From Candidatus Eiseniibacteriota bacterium (GTDB lineage Bacteria; Eisenbacteria; RBG-16-71-46), in the NCBI GenBank assembly GCA_963725865.1, contig CAVSAC010000011.1:32001-96000 (forward strand): a stretch of 64,000 bases of DNA, read 5' to 3'. This document shows positions 32,729-42,746 of the stretch, in pieces. The position numbers were made by a program, and so were the translations under genes. The stretch's first letter is position 1, and each line of letters opens with the position of its first letter. The notes under the pieces are model-generated. The model made no database searches and was not told where the DNA came from. It was given only the letters and a program-made list of their open reading frames with translations.

Positions 32729-34024
32729 CTACGTCATCAGCTTCCTCTCCTTGGCCGCCGCCTCGAGCTCGGACCGGAACTTCGGGTGGGCGATGCCGAT
32801 CAGCCGCTCGGCCCGCTCGCGCAGGCTCGTGCCGAAGAGATGGGCCACCCCAAACTCGGTCACCACGTAGTGCACGTCGCCGCGGCTCGTCACCACGCCC
32901 GCGCCCGGCTTGAGCATGGGGACGATCTTGGAGATGCCGTCCTTCCCCGTGGCCGGCAGCGCGATGATCGGCTTGCCGCCCTTGGACCGCGCCGCACCCC
33001 GGATGAAGTCCACCTGCCCGCCGAAGCCGGAGTAGATCCGGGTGCCGATGGAGTCGGAGCAGACCTGCCCGGTCAGATCGATCTCGATGGCCGAGTTGAT
33101 CGCGATCAGGTTGTCGTTCTGGGCCACCACGAACGGGTCGTTGGTGTACTCGGTGGGGTGCGCCTCGAAGAGCGGGTTGTTGTCGATGTAGTCGTAGAGC
33201 TCGCTGCGAGCCGAGGGCGAAGGTCAGGACGGCCTTGCCCCGGTGCAGGGTCTTGCGTCGGCCGGTGATGATCCCCTTCTCGATCGCCTCCATGACGCCG
33301 TCGGAGACCATCTCGGTGTGGATGCCGAGGTCGCGCTTCCCCTCGAGCCGATTCGAGGACGGCGTCGGGAATGCCGCCGATCCCGAGCTGCAGGGTGGAG
33401 CCGTCCTCGATCAGGTCGGTGATGTGGGCGGCGATCTGCTCCTCCACCTCCGCGGTCGGGGGCGTTCCAGGACCGGGAGCTCGAAGGAGTTCTCGACGAT
33501 CTTGTGCACCTGGGAGACGTGGATGAAGGAATCGCCCAGGACGCGGGGCATCTTGTCGTTGACCAGGACGATGACCTTCTTGGCGCAGTCGGTCGCGCCC
33601 TTGGTCGCCAGGGTCTCGACGCCGAAGCTCATGAAGCCGTGCTCGTCCGGCCGCGAGACCTGGATCAGGGCGACGTCCAGCGGAATGATCCCTTCGCGGA
33701 AGAGCCGCGGGATCTGGTGGAGGAAGACCGGCACGTAGTCGGCCCGCCCCTCGTTGACCGCCGGCCGGTCGGCCGGGCCCACGAAGAGGCTGTTGTGCCG
33801 GAAGTGCCCCTCCATCTCCGGCCCGCCGAACGGATCCTTGCCCAGGAGCAGCACGTGATTGAGCTGCACGTCGTGCAGCTCGTCCTGGCGCGCGGCCAGG
33901 GCGTCGATCAGGGAGCGCGGAATGGCCGCGTTTCCGCTGTAGTAGACCCGATCCCCGCTCTCGACCAGCCGGACCGCCTCGTCCGCCGTGCAGAGCTTGC
34001 TTCGTAATCGTCAACCCACGACAT
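32729..34024 (-). CDS. Acetyl-CoA hydrolase/transferase family CoA transferase
   Basis: HNSLFVG..R.AVNEGRADYVP, PDEHG.MSFG, LQLGIGGIPDAV, GIHTEM (catalytic Glu), SGFGGQVDF, YVVTEFG, LIGIAHPKFR. Confidence 0.92.
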
Positions 34025-34057
34025 CCTCTCTCCCTCCCACCTCGACGATGCGACCGT

Positions 34058-35149
34058 CTAGACCGTACCCAAGAGCCCCGCCAGCACCTGCTTCATGATC
34101 GCGCCGTCGTGCAGGTAGACCCCGCGGCGCAGAGCCTCGTTCGCCTGGATCGCCCCCTCCGCCCCGCGCGTGGCCACCTCGAGGACGTAGGGCAGGTGGG
34201 CGAAGGTCAGCACCTTGGAGGCGGTGCGGGCGATGTTGGCGGTCATGTTCGGCACGCAGTAGTGAACCACCCCGTTGATCGTGAAGGTCGGATCTCCGAG
34301 GGTGGTCGGCCGGCTCGTCTCGACGCAGCCGCCCTGGTCGATGGAGACGTCGATGATCACGCTCCCCGGCTTCATGGACGCGACCATCTCCTTGGTCACG
34401 AGGAAGGGGGCCGGGCCGCCCGGAATGAGGACCGCGCCGACCACCACGTCGGCGAACTGCACGAAGCGGGCGACGTTCTCGCGGTCGGCCATGAGCGTAT
34501 CGACCCGGCCGTCAAGCTCGCGCGCCACGTGCCGCAGCTTGTTCATGTCGCTGTCCATGACCACGACCTGGGCGCCGCTCATCAGGGCGGTGCGGGCGGC
34601 GTTGAAGCCGACCGTGCCCGCGCCCAGGATGAGGACGGTGGCCGGCGGAACGCCAGGGACCGCGCCCAGCATGATCCCGCGCCCGCCGCTCTCGTTCTCC
34701 AGCAGGTGCGCCGCGGTGTGGATGACCATCTGCCCGGCCAGCTCGCCGATGGCCGTCAGGACCGGAAGGTGCCCCTCCGGCTCCTCGATGATCTCGAAGC
34801 CGATGGCGGTCACCTTGCGCTCGAGCATCCGGCGCACGACGTCCCGCGGCGCCACCGCGAGGTGGAGGAAGCCGAAGAGGATCTGCTCCGGCGCGGCAGC
34901 AGGCCGAGCGAGGCCGGCGACAGCATGCCCACCTGGCACACCAGGTTGGCGCGCGCAGACCTCCTCGGCGGTGTAGACGATCTCGGCGCCGGCCTGCTGG
35001 AAGTCGTGGTCCGAGAAGTGGGCGTCGGCACCCGAGCCGCGTTCGACCAGCACGGGATGACCGAGGGGGACCAGGCGGGCGACCGCGGACGGGGTCAGCC
35101 CGACGCGATGCTCGAGACGCTCGGTCTCGCGCGGGACTCCGATGATCAC
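34058..35149 (-). CDS. Alanine dehydrogenase-like protein (KVKEP catalytic motif apparently lost)
   Basis: IIGVP.E...EHRVGLTP, FLHLA, ILGAGTVG, GAVLIPG, DVSIDQGGC, HYCVPNM; the KVKEP position reads CQVGML. Confidence 0.85.
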   Translation of the reverse strand: MIIGVPRETERLEHRVGLTPSAVARLVPLGHPVLVERGSGADAHFSDHDFQQAGAEIVYTAEEVCARQPGVPGGHAVAGLARPAAAPEQILFGFLHLAVAPRDVVRRMLERKVTAIGFEIIEEPEGHLPVLTAIGELAGQMVIHTAAHLLENESGGRGIMLGAVPGVPPATVLILGAGTVGFNAARTALMSGAQVVVMDSDMNKLRHVARELDGRVDTLMADRENVARFVQFADVVVGAVLIPGGPAPFLVTKEMVASMKPGSVIIDVSIDQGGCVETSRPTTLGDPTFTINGVVHYCVPNMTANIARTASKVLTFAHLPYVLEVATRGAEGAIQANEALRRGVYLHDGAIMKQVLAGLLGTV

Positions 35150-35339
35150 GTTCCGACCTCCTCAGCAGGAGCGAGGGAGCGGCGATCGTCCCGACGGTGG
35201 GGGAGCGCGGCGAACCGTTCCCGATGGGGTTACAGGGACGGACGCAGTATGCCAAAGCGCGGCGCCGGCGACCAACGCGCCGCCGGGCGCGGGTCGTTCC
35301 CGGCGCGGCACGGCCGCGCCGCGGGCGAGCGCCGACCGC

Positions 35340-36558
35340 TCAGGCGGCGCGCGCGGCGCGCGGCGCGCGCGGACGCAGCGCGGTCGCGACCGCGAGGAAC
35401 ACCAGCACCCCCGCCGCTCCCAGCGCGGCCTCGGTGTAGAGCATGCCGGACGGGCCCCAGCGCGTGTGGGCGCAGCCGTCGACCGCGGTCATGTAGCAGA
35501 TCGGCGTGTTCGAGAGCGAGGCGAAGAGGTTGTACTTGGTGGCGGCCGCGCCCAGCCCCATCGCCTCGAGCACGAACGCCGAGAAGCCGGCGTAGGTGAG
35601 CCCGGTGATGAAGGCGTAGGCGGTGGTGAAGACGATGTAGGTGGTCTCGGTGCGCGGCGAGAGTCCCATCGCCACCGCGCACAGGCCCTGCAGCACGCCG
35701 TAGAGCGCGTAGGCCGTCCGCCGCGGCATGCGGTCGCAGACCCAGCCGCCGGTCACGCAGCCCACCGCCGAGACCACGCCGCCCAGCACGCCGGTCACCA
35801 GCGCCACGGTGTCGGCCGAGGCGTGCCAGTCGCTCGACAGCGCCGACCACAGGTTCTGCGCCGCGCCCGAGCCGATCGGCAGCACGCACAGCACCAGCGC
35901 GAGGATGCCGTTGCGCGAGCGGGCCACACCCCAGAGGTCCTGCGCCACCGCGAGCAGGCTGCGCCCGAGCCCGCCCGCGCGCATCGAGCGGCGCGGCTCC
36001 TCGACGAAGAACAGCGCCAGGCAACACGCCAGGCACGCCAGCGAGAGCACCACGCCCGCCAGCCAGGGCGCGCCGAGGCGCTGCGCCAGCCACACACCGG
36101 CGCCCCCGCCCACTCCCTGGCCGCCGAGGTTGCCGGCCTGGAACCAGCCGCCGGCACGGCCCTTCTCGGCCTCGTCGGCGTCGTAGGCCATCAGGCTCTC
36201 GACCGACATGCCGAGGAAGGTCACGGCGAAGTTCGAGGCCAGCACCACCATCGACATCAGGGGCAGCGTCGCCACCGTGGCGGGGACCAGCCCGGTGAGC
36301 CAGATGCCGGCCGCGCTCACGGTGCCGGCGATCAGGTACCACCTCTTGCGCGTGAGCGTGGTGTCGGCGATCGGGGCCCAGGCGAACTTCCAGGTGTGCG
36401 GGCAGGTAGCTGAGCGCGATCAGCGCGGCGATGCGCTCGACCGGCACTCCGGCGTGGGCGAGCAGGTAGGCGAGGGTGACGGTCAGATAGCCGCTCATCA
36501 CCCCGAAGGGCAGGATGAGCACCATGAACAGCGACGGGTGGGGGCGTCGGGAGGCCAT
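35340..36558 (-). CDS. MFS transporter, AmpG-like
   Basis: WKFAWAPIADTT..RKRWY, AGGWFQAGNLGG, GGWVCDRMPRR, AATKYNLFASLSN; frameshift near 36400. Confidence 0.8.
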
Positions 36559-36839
36559 GAGCCGCGCACCCTAACAGAGCCCGACCCCTCGCGCGCCGGC
36601 GAATGCGCCCCGCCCGATCGCGTCGAGGCCGCCGGAGCCGGACGTAAGTGGTTGAGCGGGTTCGGGGTCGGGCGGTGGGCGGGGGGGCCGCCGCCGGCCG
36701 GGTCGGGCGAGGAAACGGGGTGATTTCCGCCGCCGGATGCGCTAGGCTGCGCCCCGTCTCAGGGAGTGAGTCCAGTTCCCCTTCAGCCGAACCGTGCGCT
36801 GGTGCCGGTCTCCCCGGTCGCCCCATGGATGGAGGACGC

Positions 36840-37319
36840 ATGAAGAATCCGATCCTGATGCTTGCGGTTCTCGCCCTCGGTCTCACGCTCAGCGGTTGTG
36901 GCACCAATCCCGGCTCCATCCCCGATTTCGTGGTGGACGGCGTGACGGCGACGGTGACCGCGGACCAGCTGCAGCTCCGCATGACGCACCACGGCCACAT
37001 GCACATGGGTGAGGCCGGCTGGTCGTTCCAGGTGTTCATCGACGCCGACAACGATCCCGCGACCGGCTACAAGGGCGCCGAGTTCATGGTCAACGGCGTC
37101 GAGGTGCCGACCGCCGACGGCTTCGTGATCCGCAAGGTCGTCCCGCAGGGCCTGAGCTGGGGCCCCGAGCTGGGCCACTCCGGATCCGACGACGGCACCA
37201 CGCTCAAGATCGACATCCCGCTCGCGCTCATCCCGCCGACCGCGGCGCCCGCGGGCGTGACGTTCGCGACGTTCGTCAACCTGAAGGGCAACTACTCGAG
37301 CAAGGTGACCGCGAACTGA
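36840..37319 (+). CDS. Hypothetical lipoprotein
   Basis: GGAGG RBS; MKNPILMLAVLALGLTLSGC lipobox; FIDADNDPATG. Confidence 0.7.
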   Translation: MKNPILMLAVLALGLTLSGCGTNPGSIPDFVVDGVTATVTADQLQLRMTHHGHMHMGEAGWSFQVFIDADNDPATGYKGAEFMVNGVEVPTADGFVIRKVVPQGLSWGPELGHSGSDDGTTLKIDIPLALIPPTAAPAGVTFATFVNLKGNYSSKVTAN

Positions 37320-37478
37320 TCCATCGCGGCGCACGGGACGCCGCGCGGTGAAGCCGGACGAGACGCTCCTCGCCCGTCGTCGGGATGGCCCGCTGGGCCG
37401 GTCGCGATGCCGGACGGGGAGCGTCGCGCGTTCGACCCCACCGGGTCCTCGACCGTCGAGCCACTGACCCACCACGAC

Positions 37479-38750
37479 ATGGACACCCATCCCCGGTCCG
37501 CCCCGCTGCGCGCCCTGCGCCACCGCAACTTCCGGCTGCTCTGGACCGGGCAGCTCGTCTCGGTGGCCGGCTCGATGATGCAGAACGCGGCCATCCTGTG
37601 GCACGTCTCGCTGCTCGTGCCCGCCGGGCCAGCGCGGGCTCGCGCTCGGCATGGTCGGGCTGGTGCGCGTCGTGCCGATCGTCGTGCTTCTCGCTGGTCA
37701 GCGGCGTGGTGGCCGACGCGCTCGACCGCCGGCGGCTCATGCTCGTCACGCAGACCGGCATGGCGCTGGCGGCCGGCGCGCTCGCCTGCGCTCACGTTCA
37801 CGGGCGTGACGGCGCTGTGGCCGGTCTACGTGCTGGCCGCGGCGGAGCTCGGCGTTCGGCGCCGTTCGACGGCCCGGCGCGCCAGTCGCTGGTGCCGAAC
37901 CTGGTGCCGCGCGAGCACCTGCCCAACGCGATCAGCCTCAACACGATCATGTTCCAGTCGGCCGCGGTGCGCGGGCCCGGCGCTCGGCGGCCTGGTGATC
38001 GCGGCTGGGCGACGTGGGCTGGGCCTACGCGCTTCAACGCCGCTGTCGTTCCTGTGCGTGATCGCCGCGCTGCTGCTGATGCGCGACGTGCCGCAGCGCG
38101 CCGCGGGCACGCGCCGGCGATCAGCCTGGCGGCGGCGCGCGAGGGGCTCGCGCTTCGTCTTCCGCAGCGCCGCTCATCCGCTCGACCATGCTGCTCGACT
38201 TCTTCGCCACCTTCTTCGCCTCGGCGACCGCGCTGCTGCCGATCTTCGCCCAGGACATCCTGCACGTCGGCGCGCACGGCTACGGGCTGCTCTCCGCGGC
38301 GCCGTCGGTGGGCGCGTCTGATCGCGAGCCTCGCGATGGTGCCGCTGATCGAGCGCATCGACCGCCGCGGCGCCGATGATGCTGTGGGCGGTCGCGGGCT
38401 ACGGGCTCGCCACCGTCGTGTTCGGCCTCTCGCGCGACTTCGCGCTCACGTTCGTCTGCCTCGCGCTCACCGGCGCGACCGACACGGTGAGCATGGTGAT
38501 CCGCAACGTCATCCGCCAGCTCGCGACCCCCGACGCGATGCGCGGGCGCATGACGAGCGTGAACATGATGTTCTTCATGGGCGGCCCGCAGCTGGGCGAG
38601 CTCGAGGCCGGGCTGGTGGCGAACGCGTGGGGGGCGCCCGCTCTCGGTGGTGACGGGGGGCTCGGCTGCCTGCTCGCGACCGGCTGGGTGGCGCTGCGCA
38701 CGCCGATGCTGCGCGGCTACCGCCGCGAGCCGGCGGGCACGGCAGGCTAG
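37479..38750 (+). CDS. MFS transporter (MFS_3/EntS-like)
   Basis: LRHRNFRLLWTGQLVS..GS.MQ, GVVADALDRRRL, PARQSLVP, RQLATPDAMRGR; many frameshifts. Confidence 0.85.
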
Positions 38751-38799
38751 GGCGCGCCGCGGCCCCGCGGCGGCGCGCCTGCGACTGGAGGGTTCTCGC

Positions 38800-39261
38800 A
38801 TGGATCGTCTGCTGTCGTCCGCGCTCCTCGCTGTGCTGGTCGTGAGCCCCTTCGCGTTCTGCCCGGACGTCGCCCGGGCCGCGCCCGCGGCGTCGGCGGG
38901 CATCCGCGACCTGCTCGGCCGCTGGGAGGGCGAGTCCATCTGTCAGGTGCCCGGCTCGCCCTGTCACGACGAGCACGTGGTCTACCAGTTCACGCCGCTG
39001 GGGCGCGCCGCCGACAGCCTGCGGCTCGACGGCTTCAAGGTGGTCAGGGGAGAGGAGCAGTTCATGGGCACGCTGCGCTGCTCCTACGACGTCGCGAGCC
39101 GGACGCTGATCTGTACCTTCCGCGGCCGCGACGTCGACGAGTGGCGATACACTCTCGCGGGCGACAGCCTCTCGGGGACGCTGCGGACCGACCGCGGCCG
39201 CACGCTCTACCGCATCGTCCGGGTGAAGCGGCGCGGGCCGCGGCCCCGGCCGGGGAGCTGA
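38800..39261 (+). CDS. Secreted hypothetical beta-rich protein
   Basis: Signal peptide; GRWEGESICQ....PCHDEHVVY; LSGTL. Confidence 0.6.
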   Translation: MDRLLSSALLAVLVVSPFAFCPDVARAAPAASAGIRDLLGRWEGESICQVPGSPCHDEHVVYQFTPLGRAADSLRLDGFKVVRGEEQFMGTLRCSYDVASRTLICTFRGRDVDEWRYTLAGDSLSGTLRTDRGRTLYRIVRVKRRGPRPRPGS

Positions 39262-39295
39262 GTCCGCCCGCGCGCGGGACCCGGGTCGCAAGGAG

Positions 39296-40153
39296 GTGGG
39301 AATGAGCCTGCTCATGCTCGTCGCGCTCGCGCTGGCCGCGCCGGCGCCCCAGGCGGCGCACCGCGGGACGCGGGACACGCTCACCGTAGTCACCCTCAAC
39401 CTCTGGCACGACCAGCACGACTGGCCGCGCCGGCTGACCAGGATCGTGGCCGGCCTGCGCGCGCTGCACCCCGACGTGGTGTGCCTGCAGGAGGTGCTCC
39501 AGCACGCCACCCTGCCGAATCAGGCCCAGACCCTCGCCGACAGCCTCGGCTACGGGTGGCACTTCGTCTCGGTGGACAGCGTCAACCGCGTCAAGCGTTA
39601 CGGCAACGCCATCCTCACCCCGCATCGGATCCTGCACGTGGGCGGGAGGAAGCTGCTTCCGCTCGACGACTACCGCGTCGCCGCCCATGTGCGTCTCGAG
39701 TTCCGGGGTCGCGTGATCGACGTCTACGACACCCACCTGCATCACACCCTCGAAGGCGCGGCCATCCGGGCGACGCAGATCCGCGATCTGCTCGGCTTCA
39801 TCGACACCACGCGCGCCCGCGGAGCGCTCGTCCTGGCGGGGGACTTCAACGCCACACCGCAGACCGCGGAGCTGCAGCTGCTGGCCCCCGCGTTCCTCGA
39901 CGTCTACACCGCCACGAATCCGGACCGCACCGGCCTGGAGGCGGCGACGATGAACCCCGCGCTCGGGAACGCGCCGGCGTGGATCGACCACATCTTCGTC
40001 GCGCGTGAGGCCGCGATCCCGCTCACGCCGCTGTCGGCCGAGGTCATCTTCCGCGACTGCGGCCCCGACAGCGTGTGGGCATCGGACCACTTCGGCGTGC
40101 TCGCCCGTCTCGGCGTCGGCGGGAAGCCAAGGCGGGGGGCGAGGCCGAGATGA
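39296..40153 (+). CDS. Secreted endonuclease/exonuclease/phosphatase (EEP) family protein
   Basis: VVTLNL, DVVCLQEV, YGNAIL, THLH, AGDFNA, IDHIF, SDHFGV. Confidence 0.92.
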   Translation: MGMSLLMLVALALAAPAPQAAHRGTRDTLTVVTLNLWHDQHDWPRRLTRIVAGLRALHPDVVCLQEVLQHATLPNQAQTLADSLGYGWHFVSVDSVNRVKRYGNAILTPHRILHVGGRKLLPLDDYRVAAHVRLEFRGRVIDVYDTHLHHTLEGAAIRATQIRDLLGFIDTTRARGALVLAGDFNATPQTAELQLLAPAFLDVYTATNPDRTGLEAATMNPALGNAPAWIDHIFVAREAAIPLTPLSAEVIFRDCGPDSVWASDHFGVLARLGVGGKPRRGARPR

Positions 40154-40166
40154 GAGCGAGCGCGCC

Positions 40167-40886
40167 GTGACGATCGATCCCGGACCGGGTCCACGGACCT
40201 CGGGGCACCCGTCCGCGACACCGCCTCCCGGCGAGGCCCTCGCGGCGGAGCTGCGTGGGTTCGGGCCGCTCGGGATCCTCGCCATCGCCGTCATCCTCGC
40301 CGGCAACCTGCTGGTCGTGCCCCTGAGCGCCGTGCTGGTGCTGGCGTGGGCCCGATGGTCGCGCATACCCTGGCGCGCGATCGGCTTCGTGCGGCCAGGA
40401 AGCTGGTGGCGCACCGTGGCGGGTGGCATCGTGTCCGGTGTGCTGTTCAAGCTGGTGATGAAGGCCGTCGTGATGCCGCTGTTGGGCGCCGACCCGATCA
40501 ACCACGCCTACCACGCCCTGGTCGGCAATCGGGCCGCCCTCCCGGGCATGCTCTACCTGGTCATCGTCGGCGCGGGCTTCGGCGAGGAGACCGTCTTCCG
40601 CGGCTACCTGTTCGAGCGGCTCGGCAGGCTCCTCGGACACGGCCGCTGGGCCCGGGTCGCGATCGTGGTGCTGACCTCGGTCCTGTTCGCACTGGCGCAC
40701 TATGCCGGCCAGGGAGTCGCCGGGGTGGAGCAGGCCATGATCACCGGGCTGGTGTTCGGCACGGTCTACGCGTCCTCGGGCCGCCTCGCCCTGCCGATGG
40801 TCGCGCACGCCGCGTTCGACGTGGCCGCGGTCGCGATCATCTTCTGGGATCTCGAGACGAAGGTGGCGCACCTCGTCTTCAGGTAG
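40167..40886 (+). CDS. CPBP (CAAX protease/Abi) family intramembrane metalloprotease
   Basis: GEETVFRG, SVLFALAH, MVAHAAFD. Confidence 0.9.
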   Translation: MTIDPGPGPRTSGHPSATPPPGEALAAELRGFGPLGILAIAVILAGNLLVVPLSAVLVLAWARWSRIPWRAIGFVRPGSWWRTVAGGIVSGVLFKLVMKAVVMPLLGADPINHAYHALVGNRAALPGMLYLVIVGAGFGEETVFRGYLFERLGRLLGHGRWARVAIVVLTSVLFALAHYAGQGVAGVEQAMITGLVFGTVYASSGRLALPMVAHAAFDVAAVAIIFWDLETKVAHLVFR

Positions 40887-40892
40887 CGCGGC

Positions 40893-42382
40893 TCAGGCGT
40901 CGAGCGTCTGGGAGACCCGGCGGAAGTGGTGCCCGTAGATGGCGAAGGTCACCGCCGCGGGGAGCAGCCGCGGGCGGCGGAGCGAGCGTCCAGCCGAGCA
41001 GGCCCCAGTACTGGAAGCGCTCGCGCCCGATCACGCCGAGTCGCACGCTCGAGTAGAGCAGGGCCCAGACGTGGCGCCACTCGAGGGTGACGTGCACGCG
41101 CTGCGGACGGTACTCGCGCAGGAAGGTGCGCACGCGCCGGTAGTAGGGGCCGGGCGCGTAGATGCCGCGCAGGATGCTCCGATAGCCCCTCGCGCAGCGC
41201 CTCGAGTCCCATCCGCGGCCGGATGTTGGTGGTGCCGTCGGCGTTGTCGCCGGTCATCTCGCCGAGCAGCCGGCCCTCGCGCTTCATGCGCTCGTAGAGC
41301 CGGGTGGCGCTGGGCGCGTTGAGCATCCCGACCATCGCGGTGACGATGCCGCTCGCCTGGATGAATTCGATCATGCCGCCGGAACACCGACGGGGTGTCG
41401 CTGTCGAAGCCGACGATGAACCCGCCCTGCACCTGCAGCCCCGCGCGCTGGATGCGTGCGCACGTCGGCGACCAGGTCGCGGCCGCGGTTCTGGCGCTTG
41501 TTGCACTCGGCCAGGCCGGCGTCCTCGGGCGTCTCGATGCCGATGAACACCGTGCCGAACCCGGCCTCGACCATCGACGCCATCAGCGCCTCGTCGCGCG
41601 CCAGGTTGATCGAGGCCTCGGTGTAGAACGGCATGCCCCGCTTGCCCTTCCGCCACGCGATCAGCGCGGGCAGCAGGCCGGTCTTGAGATCGCGCTTGTT
41701 GCCGATCAGGTTGTCGTCGACGAAGAACACCGAGCCGCGCCAGCCGACGCAGGTAGAGCGCGTCCAGCTCGGCGACGATCTGCTCCGGGGCCTTGGTGCG
41801 CGGGCGGTGGCCGAACCGCGCGGTGATGTCGCAGAAGTCGCAGTCGAACGGACAGCCGCGTGAGAACTGCACGCTCATCGAGTGGTAGCTGCGCAGAGCT
41901 CGAGCAGGTCCCAGCGCGGCACCGGCGTGCGACGCAGGTCGGGCAGCTCGGTCGGCGGGTAGACGCCGGCGCGCGCACCCGCGCGCGAAGTCGCTCAGGA
42001 ACGGCGCCAGCGTCGCCTCGGCCTCGCCGAGCACGAAGTGGTCGACCTCGGGGAACGCCGCCTGCTCGGTCGTCGAACAGCGGCCCGCCGGCGACGATGG
42101 TCTTGCCGGCGGCGTGGCAGCGCGCGACCAGCTCGCGCGCGGAGCGGCGCTGGGCGTTCATCGCGCTCACCAGGACCAGGTCGGCCCAGGCGAGATCGGC
42201 GGCGGAGAGCGGCCGCACGTTGGTGTCCACGACGCGCAGGTTCCACGCGTGGGGCAGCATCGCGCGCGATGGTGACGAGGCCGAGCGGCGGCAGGGCCGC
42301 GCGCTGGCCGACGAACTTCAAGCGCGTGTCGGAAGCCCCAGAACGTGTCCGCGAACGCGGGATAGATGAGAAGCGCGTTCAC
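40893..42382 (-). CDS. B12-binding radical SAM protein (DUF4070-type), frameshifted
   Basis: LLIYP...TFWGF, PPLGL.T, AGGP, GEAE, SRGCPFDCDFCDI, FFVDDN, TEASINL, FIGIET, FIVGFDSD. Confidence 0.88.
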
Positions 42383-42746
42383 GTGCAGGACCGTACTCCC
42401 GGGACGCGTCGGAAGCGAGTACGGATTCGACCGCCCGTCCAACTCTGCCGCCGCCCTTCGCTTGCGGCGCAGCCTCGCCGCCCTCCGGCGCGGCGCGAGG
42501 GTGCGCGACCGGAGCGGGGCGGCGCCGCCGGCGGCTCGGTACCCGCGCGCCCGGGCCACTCCCCGGGTCCGAGCCGGGTCGCGGCCATTTCCCCTGCGGC
42601 CCGTCGCCAGCATAGGATTATGCGCATCCATTCCATGCACGAGCTGGCTGGAGCCTGGCCCGGATCGACCTCTGCACCCCGAGATCCAAGGGAGACCCCG
42701 CCAGCGGGCGCTGTGTGGGCCGATCCGGAAAGGCAAGCCCCCGTAC

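Noticed and set aside
42383..42746. Riboswitch or ncRNA in the radical SAM / nuclease divergent gap
   Set aside because: No cobalamin or c-di-GMP riboswitch consensus recognised by eye; an Infernal search would be needed.
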